Made by a program: the position numbers and the translations under genes | Source: an uncultured Muribaculaceae bacterium | GTDB taxonomy: Bacteria > Bacillota_I > Bacilli_A > RF39 > UBA660 | NCBI GenBank assembly: GCA_964539185.1 | Contig: CAZIFR010000001.1 | Location: 1 to 50,661 of the forward strand | Direction: 5' to 3' | Length of the DNA: 50,661 bases | Part shown: positions 1 to 11,200 of the stretch, piece after piece | Layout: each line of letters opens with the position of its first letter | How positions within the stretch are numbered: position 1 is the first letter of the stretch | Notes under the pieces: model-generated | What the model was told of the DNA's origin: nothing | Databases searched by the model: none | What the model saw: the letters and a program-made list of their open reading frames with translations, nothing else

Positions 1-218
1 GTACATATCCCTATTAATTACAATTTTAAAATAAAAACAACCTATAAAATAGATTATTGTAGTTTCTTTATATTTTAACTTCAATAAAATATACAAAGAG
101 GAAAAATATTATTATAAATATAATTTTATAGTTACTTCTCTTTAGATGTAAATACTTTATATTAATTGTATTATACATTTATAAAAACATATATTCAATT
201 CACAATGGAGGTGAAAAA

Positions 219-1109
219 ATGAATAAAAAATGTTTAAATTCATGTTTTCCAATTTGTAGTTGTTGTGAACCAAGACGTGGACCGACGGGGCCAACCGGAC
301 CAACTGGACCAGCAGGAGGACCGACTGGACCGACTGGACCAACTGGACCGACTGGACTTACTGGTGCGACTGGACCTCAAGGAGTAGTTGGACCTCAAGG
401 ACCTCAAGGTGTTCAAGGATTACCAGGTTCAACGGGTGCAACTGGGCCGACTGGACCGACTGGACCTCAAGGAGTAGTTGGGCCTCAAGGACCTCAAGGT
501 GTTCAAGGATCACCAGGATCAACCGGACCAACCGGACCAACTGGACCAACTGGACTTACCGGACCAACTGGGCCAGAAGGACCTGCTGGCTTAGGAGGCA
601 TAATTCCGTTTTCATCTGGATTACCTATTGCACCAACAAGTATTGCATTAGGTTTAGTAGGTTTACCTGGCATAATTGCCTTTGGTGATAGCACAACATT
701 ACCTGATGTCTTAGGTGTTGATATAGACTTAACAGGAGCAGCTGGAACTTTAATAAATATGGCTTTTTCAGTACCACGGGATGGCGTAATTACAGATATT
801 GCAGCATACTTTAGTGTTGTTATTGGATTATCATTAATTGGAACTGACATAACAGCTGAAGCTCAATTATATGAATCTACTACACCAAATAACATATTCA
901 CACCAATTACTGGAGCAGTAGTAACCTTAGCACCAAGTTTCGGAGGAATTATAAATGTTGGTGATATTGCGTCTGGTACAACAAACGGATTAAACATACC
1001 TGTCACAGCTGGAACTCGGTTATTAATGGTATTTACTATTACATCAAGTGGGGTTTCATTAATTAATATACTTACTGGTTATGCTAGTGCTGGTGTAAAT
1101 ATCTCATAA
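219..1109 (+). CDS. Collagen-like spore-surface (exosporium, BclA-family architecture) protein: Cys-rich N-terminus, a G-X-Y region of about 105 residues, and a C-terminal globular domain
   Basis: GGAGGTG RBS lies 6 nt before the ATG. The N-terminus is [20 protein letters not shown]. This is followed by GPT/GPQ/GVQ triplets (about residues 21-128) with one break (GPAGGPT). The ~170-aa C-terminal domain ([12 protein letters not shown]...[10 protein letters not shown]) resembles, from memory, the C-terminal domains of Bacillus cereus-group collagen-like exosporium proteins. Confidence 0.8.
   Translation: MNKKCLNSCFPICSCCEPRRGPTGPTGPTGPAGGPTGPTGPTGPTGLTGATGPQGVVGPQGPQGVQGLPGSTGATGPTGPTGPQGVVGPQGPQGVQGSPGSTGPTGPTGPTGLTGPTGPEGPAGLGGIIPFSSGLPIAPTSIALGLVGLPGIIAFGDSTTLPDVLGVDIDLTGAAGTLINMAFSVPRDGVITDIAAYFSVVIGLSLIGTDITAEAQLYESTTPNNIFTPITGAVVTLAPSFGGIINVGDIASGTTNGLNIPVTAGTRLLMVFTITSSGVSLINILTGYASAGVNIS
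369..548. repeat. Tandem duplication, 2 x 90 bp, inside the collagen-like region
   Basis: Unit 1 (369-458) and unit 2 (459-548) both start actggacctcaaggagtagttgg.cctcaaggacctcaaggtgttcaaggat and are near-identical over the first ~50 nt. They encode [17 protein letters not shown](L/S)PGSTG... twice. Confidence 0.9.
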
Positions 1110-1133
1110 TTTTTAAAACTATTTTAACTAAAT

Positions 1134-1175
1134 AAAAGTGGGCTAAACAATTTCGTTCTTGCCTACTTTTATTGT
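1134..1175 (+). terminator. Candidate rho-independent terminator after the collagen-like gene
   Basis: aaaagtgggc (1134-1143) pairs with gcctactttt (1161-1170), including one G-U pair. The loop is 17 nt and is followed by a T-rich tail. The large loop lowers confidence. Confidence 0.4.
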
Positions 1176-1255
1176 ATCATTCACATCTGCTTTTTAACTA
1201 TATCACTTATCTGTTGTAAACATATAATAGTACTATAATTAACAGGGAGGTCATT

Positions 1256-2350
1256 ATGAAAAAAGTTTGTGTTTATGCCATTGCTAAAAACGAAAGCCAA
1301 TTTGTAGAGAGATGGGTTGAAAGCCTCAAAGAAGCTGACATGATAATTGTTGGAGATACCGGTTCTACAGATGATACAGTCACTAAATTGAAAAAACTAG
1401 GCGTGAAAGTATATAAAATAAAAATTGATCCTTGGCGATTTGATGAAGCTCGTAATGCTGTTTTAAATAAAGTTCCAAAAGATATGGATATTTGTTTATC
1501 AATAGATTTAGATGAAGTTGCTACGAAAGGATGGCGGGAGTGTCTAGAAAAAAGCTGGAAAGAAAACACAACTAGATTAAAATACAATTATAATTGGAGT
1601 TTCAATGAATATGGGAACCCAGAAGTTAGTTTTTTAACGGAAAAAGCACATAGTCGCTTTGACTACAAATGGACTCATCCAGTCCATGAAGTATTAACTT
1701 ATATTGGTAAAGATAAAGAGTTGATTGATTATGCTGAAGGATTTGAAGTAAATCACTATCCTGATCCCACTAAATCAAGATCTAACTATTTACCATTATT
1801 AGAACTATCTGTTAAAGAAGACCCGACTGATGATCGCAACATGCATTATCTAGGTAGAGAATATATGTATAACCAAAGATGGAATGACTGTATTGAAACA
1901 TTAATAAAACATTTAAGTTTGCCAACAGCATTTTGGAAAGATGAACGTTGTGCATCAATGAGATTTATTGCACGAAGTTACATGAATTTAAAACGCTATG
2001 AAGAAGCTAAAATGTGGTTAGATAAAGCAATTGATGAAGCACCACATTTAAGAGATCCTTTTGTGGAAAGAGCTTTACTAGAATACAACTTGAAAAACTG
2101 GGATAATGTTATTAAATATTGTTTAAAGGCACTTGAAATTCAACATAATCAAAAAAGTTATATTAACGAACCATTTAGTTGGGATGCAACCATTTATGAT
2201 TTATTGTCAATTGCATATTTTTACAAAAATGATATTAAATCTTCTTTATGCTATATTGATTTAGCTTTAGAAACTGAACCTAATAATCAAAGGATATTAG
2301 AAAACAAAGATTTAATAAATGATATTTTAAACGATATATCAACCGATTAA
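1256..2350 (+). CDS. GT-A fold (family-2-like) glycosyltransferase with a C-terminal TPR-like helical domain
   Basis: GGGAGG RBS. N-terminal VCVYAIAKNE...VGDTGSTDDT...SIDLDE (DxD-like) is typical of GT2-type enzymes. The C-terminal half (HYLGREYMYNQRWNDCI..., KRYEEAKMWLDKAI...) looks like TPR repeats. Confidence 0.7.
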   Translation: MKKVCVYAIAKNESQFVERWVESLKEADMIIVGDTGSTDDTVTKLKKLGVKVYKIKIDPWRFDEARNAVLNKVPKDMDICLSIDLDEVATKGWRECLEKSWKENTTRLKYNYNWSFNEYGNPEVSFLTEKAHSRFDYKWTHPVHEVLTYIGKDKELIDYAEGFEVNHYPDPTKSRSNYLPLLELSVKEDPTDDRNMHYLGREYMYNQRWNDCIETLIKHLSLPTAFWKDERCASMRFIARSYMNLKRYEEAKMWLDKAIDEAPHLRDPFVERALLEYNLKNWDNVIKYCLKALEIQHNQKSYINEPFSWDATIYDLLSIAYFYKNDIKSSLCYIDLALETEPNNQRILENKDLINDILNDISTD

Positions 2351-2383
2351 CAAATCTCAATAAAAACGAGATTTGTTTTTATT
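2351..2383 (+). terminator. Rho-independent terminator
   Basis: caaatctc (2351-2358) pairs with gagatttg (2368-2375), followed by TTTTTATT. It lies immediately after the stop codon at 2348-2350. Confidence 0.7.
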
Positions 2384-2446
2384 AAATTAATAATGAGACT
2401 TACAAGAATTAAACTATTGAAACAAGTTAAAAATAGACCTATTAAT

Positions 2447-2474
2447 TTGACATAAAAATTATAATGCATATTAT
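2447..2474 (+). promoter_or_regulatory. SigA-type promoter for the ABC importer operon
   Basis: TTGACA (2447-2452), 16-nt spacer, TATTAT (2469-2474). It is about 22 nt upstream of the GGAGG RBS and the ATG at 2497. Confidence 0.6.
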
Positions 2475-2496
2475 ATTTTAGAGCGGAGGAATATAA

Positions 2497-3246
2497 ATGG
2501 AAAAACACGTTTTAAAAGTTGAAAATTTAAAAAAAAATTATCATACAAAAGAAGGAGAAACTTTAGCTGTTGATAATTTTTCTCTGGAATTAAAAAATGG
2601 TGAATTCGTAGCTATTGTTGGTCCAAGTGGTTGTGGAAAAAGTACTATTTTAAATATATTAGCCAATTTAGACAAAGAATCAGATGGTATAATTGAATTT
2701 ACAAGTAATGTTAAAATTGGTTATATGTTACAACAAGACTCTTTGTTTAATTGGAGAACAGTTTTAGAAAACTGTTTATTAGGACTTGAAATTACAAAAA
2801 CACTAAATGACAAATCAAAAACACATGTTTTAAATTTGTTAAATACTTATGGATTAGGTGAATTCATTAATAGTTACCCTAATACACTATCTGGAGGAAT
2901 GAGACAAAGAGTAGCTCTAATTAGAACATTAGCTACTAACCCTAAATTATTACTGATGGATGAACCCTTTTCAGCACTGGATTATCAAACAAGATTAGCA
3001 GTATCAGACGATGTTTATAGTATAATTAAAAATGAAAAAAAAGCGGCTATTATGGTTACTCATGATATAGCTGAAGCTATATCCATGGCCGACAGAATAA
3101 TTATTTTATCTAAACGTCCTAGTACAATTAAAAGAATAATTGATATTAATTTAAGCGATAAATCTAATCCCATAAGCAATAGAAAGGCTAAGGAGTTTGC
3201 CTATTATTACGATTTAATATGGAGGGAAATTGATTATCATGTCTAA
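2497..3246 (+). CDS. ABC transporter ATP-binding protein, NitT/TauT (nitrate/sulfonate/taurine-type) family
   Basis: Walker A GPSGCGKST, signature LSGGMRQRVAL, Walker B LLLMDEPFSALD, and H-loop VTHD. Confidence 0.85.
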   Translation: MEKHVLKVENLKKNYHTKEGETLAVDNFSLELKNGEFVAIVGPSGCGKSTILNILANLDKESDGIIEFTSNVKIGYMLQQDSLFNWRTVLENCLLGLEITKTLNDKSKTHVLNLLNTYGLGEFINSYPNTLSGGMRQRVALIRTLATNPKLLLMDEPFSALDYQTRLAVSDDVYSIIKNEKKAAIMVTHDIAEAISMADRIIILSKRPSTIKRIIDINLSDKSNPISNRKAKEFAYYYDLIWREIDYHV

Positions 3247-4024
3247 AGAATATAAAAATTATTTAAAATTAATTAAGAGAAATAATTTGTTAATAAGAAT
3301 ATCTCAAATTCTCATTTTTATTATTTTCATTGTAGCATGGCAATTATTGGCCGATTTTAAAATTATAAATACCTTTATCTTTTCTAGTCCTATTAAAATA
3401 TTTAATTGTTTAGTTAATTTAGCTTCGACAAATAATCTTTATGATCATATATTAATAACTATTTACGAAACTTTAATTAGTTTTGCTCTAGCCACCTTAT
3501 TAGGACTTTTAATAGCTTCCTTAATGTGGTGGAATATTTTTATCGCCAAAGTGATTGATCCATATTTAACCATTATCAATAGCTTACCAAAGGTAGCTTT
3601 AGGACCAATTATTATTATTTGGATTGGTGCTAATATGAACTCAATTATTGTCATGGCGTTACTAATATCTTTAATTGTTACTATAATAAATTTATATCAG
3701 AGTTTTATTGAAACTGATCCTAATAAAATAAAATTAATGAAATCACTTAAAGCTAATAATCGCCAAATTTTCTTTAAATTAATTTTACCTAATAGTTTTT
3801 CTAATATCATTAATGTTTTAAAAATAAATATTAGCATGTCTTTAATTGGGGTCATAATGGGTGAATTTTTAGTATCTAAAAAAGGCATTGGTTATTTAAT
3901 AATGTATGGTTCACAAGTATTTAATTTAGATTTAGTTCTAACCGGAATTATAATCTTGTGTATCGTTGCAACCTTAATGTATTATTGTATATCTTATATC
4001 GAAAAAAAATTAGTCAGAAACTAA
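3239..4024 (+). CDS. ABC importer permease (binding-protein-dependent transport type, about 6 TM)
   Basis: Hydrophobic profile with an EAA-like loop (MKSLKANNRQIFFKLILPNS). The track ORF begins at TTG 3230, only 3 nt after the GGAGGG; I prefer ATG 3239, which overlaps the ATPase stop by 8 nt. The start is uncertain (3230 or 3239). Confidence 0.75.
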   Translation: MSKEYKNYLKLIKRNNLLIRISQILIFIIFIVAWQLLADFKIINTFIFSSPIKIFNCLVNLASTNNLYDHILITIYETLISFALATLLGLLIASLMWWNIFIAKVIDPYLTIINSLPKVALGPIIIIWIGANMNSIIVMALLISLIVTIINLYQSFIETDPNKIKLMKSLKANNRQIFFKLILPNSFSNIINVLKINISMSLIGVIMGEFLVSKKGIGYLIMYGSQVFNLDLVLTGIIILCIVATLMYYCISYIEKKLVRN

Positions 4025-4040
4025 TTTTTTTATTAATCTA

Positions 4041-5231
4041 TTATTTATCAAGTTCTTGAATAACTAACTTTTTATATTCGTTTACTCCAGGCTGATCGAA
4101 AGGATTAATGTCCAATAAATAGGCCCCTGTTGCTGCTCCTATTTCTAAAAAATAAATTAACTGGCCTATATTAAAAGGACTTAGCCGATCTAATGTTATA
4201 AAATTACTATAAGTCGTATTTTTAAAATGCGACTTGGCTACTTGATGAGCAACTATTGTGTTTACCTCATCTAAACTCTTATTATATTTTTCAATAAAGA
4301 TATTATCATTATTCTTAATATGAATAACTGTTTCAAATAATATTTGACTACCTTCTTGATAAAATTGCCCTAAAGAGTGTAGATCTCCCGTATTAATTGA
4401 AGCAACTGGTAATATAGCTTTATTTTCCTTCCCTTGTGTTTCAGCAAATAGTTGCTTTGCAAGATCTAGGAAAGATAGTAATTTAGGTTCATAAACAGTA
4501 AATGATTCAACTAACTTATTCATTTTATATAAAGAATCTCGAACGATGGCATATTGAAAAGCCCAATCTCTATCTAAATTTTTCGCTCCTTCTAATATTT
4601 CATTAATATCAAGTCCGAAAACAGCAACGGGAAGTAACCCAACAGCCGTTAAAACAGAATATCTTCCTCCAATATTAGTTGGAAAGATAAAAGATTTATA
4701 GTTTTTTTCATTAACCAATTCTCTTAACTTTCCTTCTTTAATATCAGTAGTGATAATAATTCTTTTATCTAATTCTTCTTTAGAATACTTTTTAGATAAC
4801 ACATCATATAAATAATTGAAATACAAATTAGTTTCCAATGTTGTTCCTGATTTAGAAATAACATTTATAATGACTTGTTTATTATCAATATATTCTAATA
4901 ATTCTTTAAAATAAGTGGCGGAAAGAGATGAACCAATATAAATTATTTCTGGACTATTAGTCTCAAAATATGGTTTAAAAGCATCGATTATAGCTTTCGA
5001 TCCTAAAATTGATCCACCAGCGCCAATAACAATAAAAACATCACAGTTATTTTTAATATAATGACTAGTTTCTATTATATCTTTTATGACATCTTGAGAA
5101 AGACATTTATTTAAATCATACCAATCAGTCATATTATCGGCTTTTAATTTATGTTTAATAGAATCTATTTTCGATTCATAATCAGAAAAATTAATTTCTT
5201 TCATATAAGACTTAAAATCATATGTTATCAT
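4041..5231 (-). CDS. pgi: Glucose-6-phosphate isomerase (short, 396-aa form)
   Basis: SIS/PGI signatures VISKSGTTLET, GGRYSVLTAVGLLP, QLFAETQGK and NPFDQPGVNEYK. It is colinear with my recollection of Bacillus Pgi but about 50 aa shorter. Its ATG overlaps the stop of the upstream giant gene (ATGA). Confidence 0.85.
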   Translation of the reverse strand: MITYDFKSYMKEINFSDYESKIDSIKHKLKADNMTDWYDLNKCLSQDVIKDIIETSHYIKNNCDVFIVIGAGGSILGSKAIIDAFKPYFETNSPEIIYIGSSLSATYFKELLEYIDNKQVIINVISKSGTTLETNLYFNYLYDVLSKKYSKEELDKRIIITTDIKEGKLRELVNEKNYKSFIFPTNIGGRYSVLTAVGLLPVAVFGLDINEILEGAKNLDRDWAFQYAIVRDSLYKMNKLVESFTVYEPKLLSFLDLAKQLFAETQGKENKAILPVASINTGDLHSLGQFYQEGSQILFETVIHIKNNDNIFIEKYNKSLDEVNTIVAHQVAKSHFKNTTYSNFITLDRLSPFNIGQLIYFLEIGAATGAYLLDINPFDQPGVNEYKKLVIQELDK

Positions 5232-8200
5232 TGCTTACCTACTTTCACTATAACAATATGGTGCTTTTTATCATTTTGGAGTTCAATAAAATCGGTTTTA
5301 ACAATCTCATTATCTAATAATATTTCATTTTGAGATTGTTCAAGTAATACTTTAATTTCATAAACGGTTTTATTATAATTATAATTAATTGTAAATTGCT
5401 TCCATGTTGTAGGAACATTAGGTTTAATATATAGTTTATCCTTCCTTAAAGTAAATCCTAAAATATCAACTAAAGCGACTTTATAAAACCAACCACTAGT
5501 ACCAGTATACCAAGTCCATCCTCCTTGAGCTTTAAATTGTTCATTGCTATAAACATCAGCAGCAAAAACATATGGTTCCACTTTATATTTTAAAACATCA
5601 TTAGGATTTAAAGTTCGATTAATCGGATTAATCATTTGATAATATCGATAAGCTAAATCAGGATTGTTTGCTTTTAACAAAGCCATAATATACCATGCTG
5701 TAGCATGAGTATATTGACCTCCATTTTCCCTAATTCCTTTCGGATAATCCATAATATATCCTGGATAATCTTTACTTTTTTCAAATGGTGGCGATAATAA
5801 TTTAATAATATTTGCTTCCTTATCAACCAATTTTTCTTCAACAGAATTTATAATTAATTTTGATTGTTCCAAATCAGCTACATCTGTTAATATAGCAAAA
5901 CTTTGGGAAATTAAATCAATTGAACATTCTTCGTTACTACTTGACCCAATAGCATTTCCATTGTCAAAGAAAGCTCGTAAATAATAGTTTCCATCCCAAG
6001 CAACATTTTTTAATGATGCTTTTAGTTTTTCATTAAAAACAACATATTTTTTTAATGGTATTGATGAGTCATATTTATGAGTAAAATCCATAAATTTTTC
6101 AATCATCATGTATAAAAAGAAGCCTAACCAAACACTGGTTCCTTTTCCTTTGATACCAATCTTATTCATACCATCATTCCAATCACCACCACCCATAAGT
6201 GGTAATCCATTCTTACCTAGCTCTTTCATCGCTTTATGAATAGCTAATTTACAATGCTTATATAAAGATGCTTTTTTAGAACTAAATCGGTATTCTATTA
6301 ATTTTTCATGTTCGTGTGGTTCTAATAATGACCCCTCAATGAAGGGTACTAATTCATCTAGGAAACTAATATCTTCAGTTATATTTATGTATTCAGAAAC
6401 GGCATAAATTAACCATAAATAATCATCCTTATATAAAGATCTTAACCCCATTTTAGAAGACGGATGCCACCAATGAAGAACATCTCCCATAGTAAATTGA
6501 TGCATAGCATTGATTAAAATTTGTTTTTTGGTTATTTCTGGTTCGATACTACAAAGATTCATAGCATCTTGAAGTTGATCACGATAACCAAAGGCCCCTC
6601 CTACTTGATAAAACCCCGCTTTGGCCTGTATTCGAGAAGCAAGTGTTTGATAAAGTGCCCAACCATTTACCATATAATTAAAGCTTTCATCTGGCGTTTG
6701 GACTTGAACTTTAGATAGTCGTTCACTCCAATTTAACTTTATTTTTGCTAATTCTTTATTAACAATATTTATATTATTGTATTTTTTTACTAAAGATGAT
6801 AAATCATCAATAGTAGCACAACCTAAGGTAAATGATAACTCAGATTCTGTTTTTTCATCAATGTAAAAATCTACTTCTACTTCTTTAAATAGCAGGTTGT
6901 TGTTTAGGACATTTTCAATCTTTAAATTACTCGACATAAAAGTATACAAGTGGCTATAATTTTGACTATAAACGTTTCGAATACTTAAAAAGTTTTCTTC
7001 ATCATTAAATTCACTTAATAAGTATCTACTTGTCTTTTCTTCTGTAAACCCTAAATTAGGATTAATCCAAAACTTTAAAACAATTCTTTGTTTCCTTGCC
7101 GCATTATTTTTAAGTTTTATTTTATATATTTTGACATTATCTTCAGTAGCCACAAATTGAGTTAAACTAATATCAATTTTCTTGAAATTACCAATAAATT
7201 CACTATAACCAAAACCATGCTTTACTAAATTAAAATTAATGCCAACATCATTTATTTTAAATCCTTCTGAAGCATCTTTTAATAAAACATCATTAGTCCA
7301 TGAAGTTAATTTATACTCTTGAGCATTGTAAGCATAAGTAAACCCACAATTGTTGTTTGTTATAATCGTTCCAAAAGTATTATTAGAAATAATATTGCTC
7401 CATGCATGAGGGGTATTTTGATCGGTAATTAAATATTCTTTACCATTATTAATAAACCCACCAAATTCATTGAAAAATCTAATATCTTTTTTATTATATA
7501 TAACTGGTATATTATTATTTTCTTTCTCAATCTTTTTAACATTAACAGTATTTAATTTTTGTAAGGCGTTAATATATTCTTGTAAAGATTTATGTAAGCT
7601 ACTATCAATAATCAATCTAGAAACCGTTTTTAATAAAACAAATTCTTCTTCATTAATCCTTTGTCTTTCTAAAACATGGATATCCCCAGGAAGTTTGAAA
7701 AAACTATTTAAAGCATACATATGATACTTTTCATCTTCTATTTCTTGAGCGATAATTTTAGCGTGCTCTTCAATTGAACTATTAATAATTACTAAATCGA
7801 TAAAAATTGATTTACTTTTATAATACTCAAACGCATGAAGTAGTTCTTTTATTAAACTTAAATCTTCTAAATCTTGAACGTCTAATAAAATAATTGGACG
7901 GTCACCGGAAATACCTAGTGGCCATAAATCTCTCTGATTTAATGTGTTTTTCCTTAAAGTATTAAAATTTTCTTCTTTCACTAAAATATATCTAGTTTGG
8001 AGCAGATAGTTTAATATTGTATTATATAGTCTCATATCATCAGGTGTGATATTAACCATTTTACTAGTAATATTATTCATAAGGGTTGAAACTTCAAATC
8101 CTTGTTCGACAATTGTCTGTTTATCAGAAAAAGTTTTAACGATATTTAATACCTGTTCTTTAGATTTACCAAAACCACTAATTAGATAAACTGATTTTTC

Positions 8201-11200
8201 TTCATTTTTAGGAACCATAATTGTATTTCTTAAACTTATAATTGGATCTAATACAGTTCCAACATAATTACGAAGGTTACTACGAACTGCTTTAGGATTG
8301 GCAATATTGTATCCTCGACCAATAAAATGTGATCGATTAGTTTCGTATTCGAAATCATTAATTGGATTTTCAATTAATAACCTATTTATCATATAATAAC
8401 GATTTTGGGAATCTCTTAATTTTCTGTTGACAATAATAGAATTAGTTTTTTCGTCATACTCGCTATGAACAAATAAGTTGTTGAAGGCGGGATGACTAAT
8501 ATCTTCGATACTTTGACAAAGAATTGGCTCCGTATATGTCGTTAACTCCAAATATTTATCTTTATTACTATTATTTTTAAAGGTTATTTTTCTTATTTCC
8601 GCATTATGTGACCTGGTAACAGCAATTTCTGTTGTCGTCATAATATCTTTATCTGTTCTGACAAATTTTACCTTATCAAGAGCAAATACAACCTCATAAT
8701 TATTTGGTTTAATATTAGTAGGTGCATATGTGTTGGACCATACTCTTTTATTTTTAAGATCTTTAACATACATAAATAATCCATAATCTTGCTCCGTAAC
8801 TTTACGATATCTATTTAATTGAATTGTTCGATATTTGCTATATCCATTTCCCCGATCATTGATTATTACACTATATTTTGAGTTAGATAAAACTGATAGT
8901 TCTGGTAAACTCGACATGTACCTGAATACTCTTATATCATTTACAAAAGGTTCTTTTTCATAGGTATATTTTTTATACTTCATGATTTTAAAATTAATGG
9001 CTGGACGAAGTTGAATTCGTTCTTTATTTAAAATTTCAATAGCTTGATTTTTGACGTCATCAGAAAAATAATCTTGGATAATGCCATCCTTTAAAAAATT
9101 GGCCAAGCTACTTAAAATCATTCCTTGATGATGTGAAAAATAAGCCATTACTGGAGTGTCGTCGAAGAAATCATACGACTCATAAAAGCCATATTGTCCA
9201 AACATCGAAAGATCATCAAAACGTTTAATATTTTCGATTACCTTTTTAGGAAATAGGCTAATAGCTAAAATAGAACTATACGGTGTTACAACAATTCGGT
9301 CCAAAGCCTCTTCCTTTAATCTTAACTGTGGTATTCCAAAGGCTTTATATTTATAATTTTGACCATCATCTAATTCGTTATAAGCCGCTTCTGAAATTCC
9401 CCATGGATAATCTCGATTATAATTTTTCATGAAATCCATTTGCGTATAATAAGCAAAATGATAACTCTCATCTAAAATCGTATTAGAATAATTTTTCATA
9501 AAAATTAATGGTAGAAAATATTCAAAAAAAGTTCCAGCCCAAGATGATAATCCCTTTTTACGTCTATGCGTTATTAACGTCTTATCTAAACAAAACCAAT
9601 GTTTTAGTGGAACATCGCCTTTAGCAATAGCAACATAACTTACAATCCGACTCTCGCTCATAAATTTGTTGTAATTAAATGGTTCTAATGCTCCTTTATC
9701 GACATCGTAACCAATACTAAAAACATCTTGTTTGGTGTATAACCACTTAAAATCTGTTTTTCGAATTAATCTTTCAATTACTTTTATAAGTTGATTCTGA
9801 TTATGCTTTTTTAAAAATCCTTTCACTACCATTAAGGAAGCAACAAAATTTCCACTATCAACACTAGAAATAAAACGGGGATACATAACTTCTAAAGTTT
9901 TAATATTATACCAATTAAATAAATGTCCATGCCACTTATTTAGTTTTTGAACTGTATCAATAATATTATTAATCAAAGTAATAGCTTTGTTAAAATCAAT
10001 CAAATTAATTTCATAGGCCGAAATGATTGATACTAAAGATAATCCAATATTAGTTGGCGAAGTTTTATTATCTTCTTTAACATCACGATTTAATTGGTAA
10101 TTATCGCAAATTAAATAATTATTTTCTTCTGTCAAATTATCTTCAAAAAAATACCAAGTATTTAATGCAATGTTATGCAAATAATTTTTATTTTCTTCCG
10201 TTACTTCCTCTTCCTTTTCATCAAGTGGTTTACTAATTAAATAAATGATAATCGGTCCAATAGAGAAAATCCAAATAATAATCATATTTAGCCATGTAAA
10301 CTGTTTAAAGATGATTGAATAAGCTAGGATAAGAACAGCAATAACATAATTCATCCAAAATTGTTTTAAAGTATTACTTAAATTAGTTCTAACAACTTTA
10401 GCTGCATCATCAGCAGTCATCCAATTAAGCAAATGTTTTTTACTAATTAACATTCTATAAAGAGCCTTAGTAAATGAATTTAAATATAAATATGCATTAT
10501 ATGGAATACTAGAAAACACTGATAATGTTCTTAAAAGGGTTGCTTTATACCCAAACATTAAAATATTATAATGCTTCGTCTTGATAAAAAAGTTGTGTTC
10601 CATAAACAAATATTCTGTAATTTGCGAAATAACTGGTAACAGACAAATAAGAACAACAAAACTAATTCCCCAAATTGGATTTATACTTAAATTAGTTAAT
10701 GATATTATAATAATTAATAACAGACATAAATCAATTAGGCCTCGTCTTATATTGTCAAAAATTTTAAAGCGCCCTAATAAATTGATGGGGTTTTTTTCTT
10801 TACTACCGTCAGTTGTTTTAACCTTCCGCTTAAGCCAACTAACAATTTGCATATCCCCTCTAGCCCATCTTGATCTTCTTGCCGCATCAACCAAATATTT
10901 TGTCGGAAAATCATCAATAAACTCGACATCGACAATGCTTCCACAACGTAAATAATTACCTTCTAATAAGTCATGACTTAGAATTAAATTATTAGGAAGT
11001 CGATTTTTTAAAACTTGTTGAAATACTTCTAAATCGTATATTCCTTTACCGCAAAAGCTACCACTATTAAATACATCTTGATAAAAAGATGGGAAAATAT
11101 AGTTATATGGGTCAAAGCCACCAATACCAGCATATAATTGTGAGAAAAGTGATTTATTGGTCGACTCAACATCAATATTTAACCGTGGTTGCAATATTCC

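Noticed and set aside
150-218. SigK/SigE-type promoter upstream of the collagen-like gene (CATATATT at 188-195); similarly CATATAGGT at 25562-25570 upstream of the cotY/Z-like gene
   Set aside because: The -10-like elements exist, but I could not find an appropriately spaced -35 (AC or ATA) element. They are not reported as features. Position-weight-matrix scanning is needed.
157-850. Minus-strand ORFs 157-342, 358-549 and 503-850 overlapping the collagen-like gene
   Set aside because: They are antisense reading frames kept open by the repetitive GGN-CCN-ACN codon structure (translations such as LVQLVRLV and GPVGPVGPV). They lack an RBS, and the plus-strand gene has a clear RBS and family architecture.
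10581-10955. Long antisense or internal ORFs inside large genes (for example 10581-10955, 15172-15489, 18548-18964, 30468-30791, 33865-34194, 1273-1587)
   Set aside because: Each lies wholly inside a confidently identified gene on the other strand. They have low-complexity or hydrophobic translations typical of antisense frames of membrane-protein genes, and no RBS. I treat them as artefacts.
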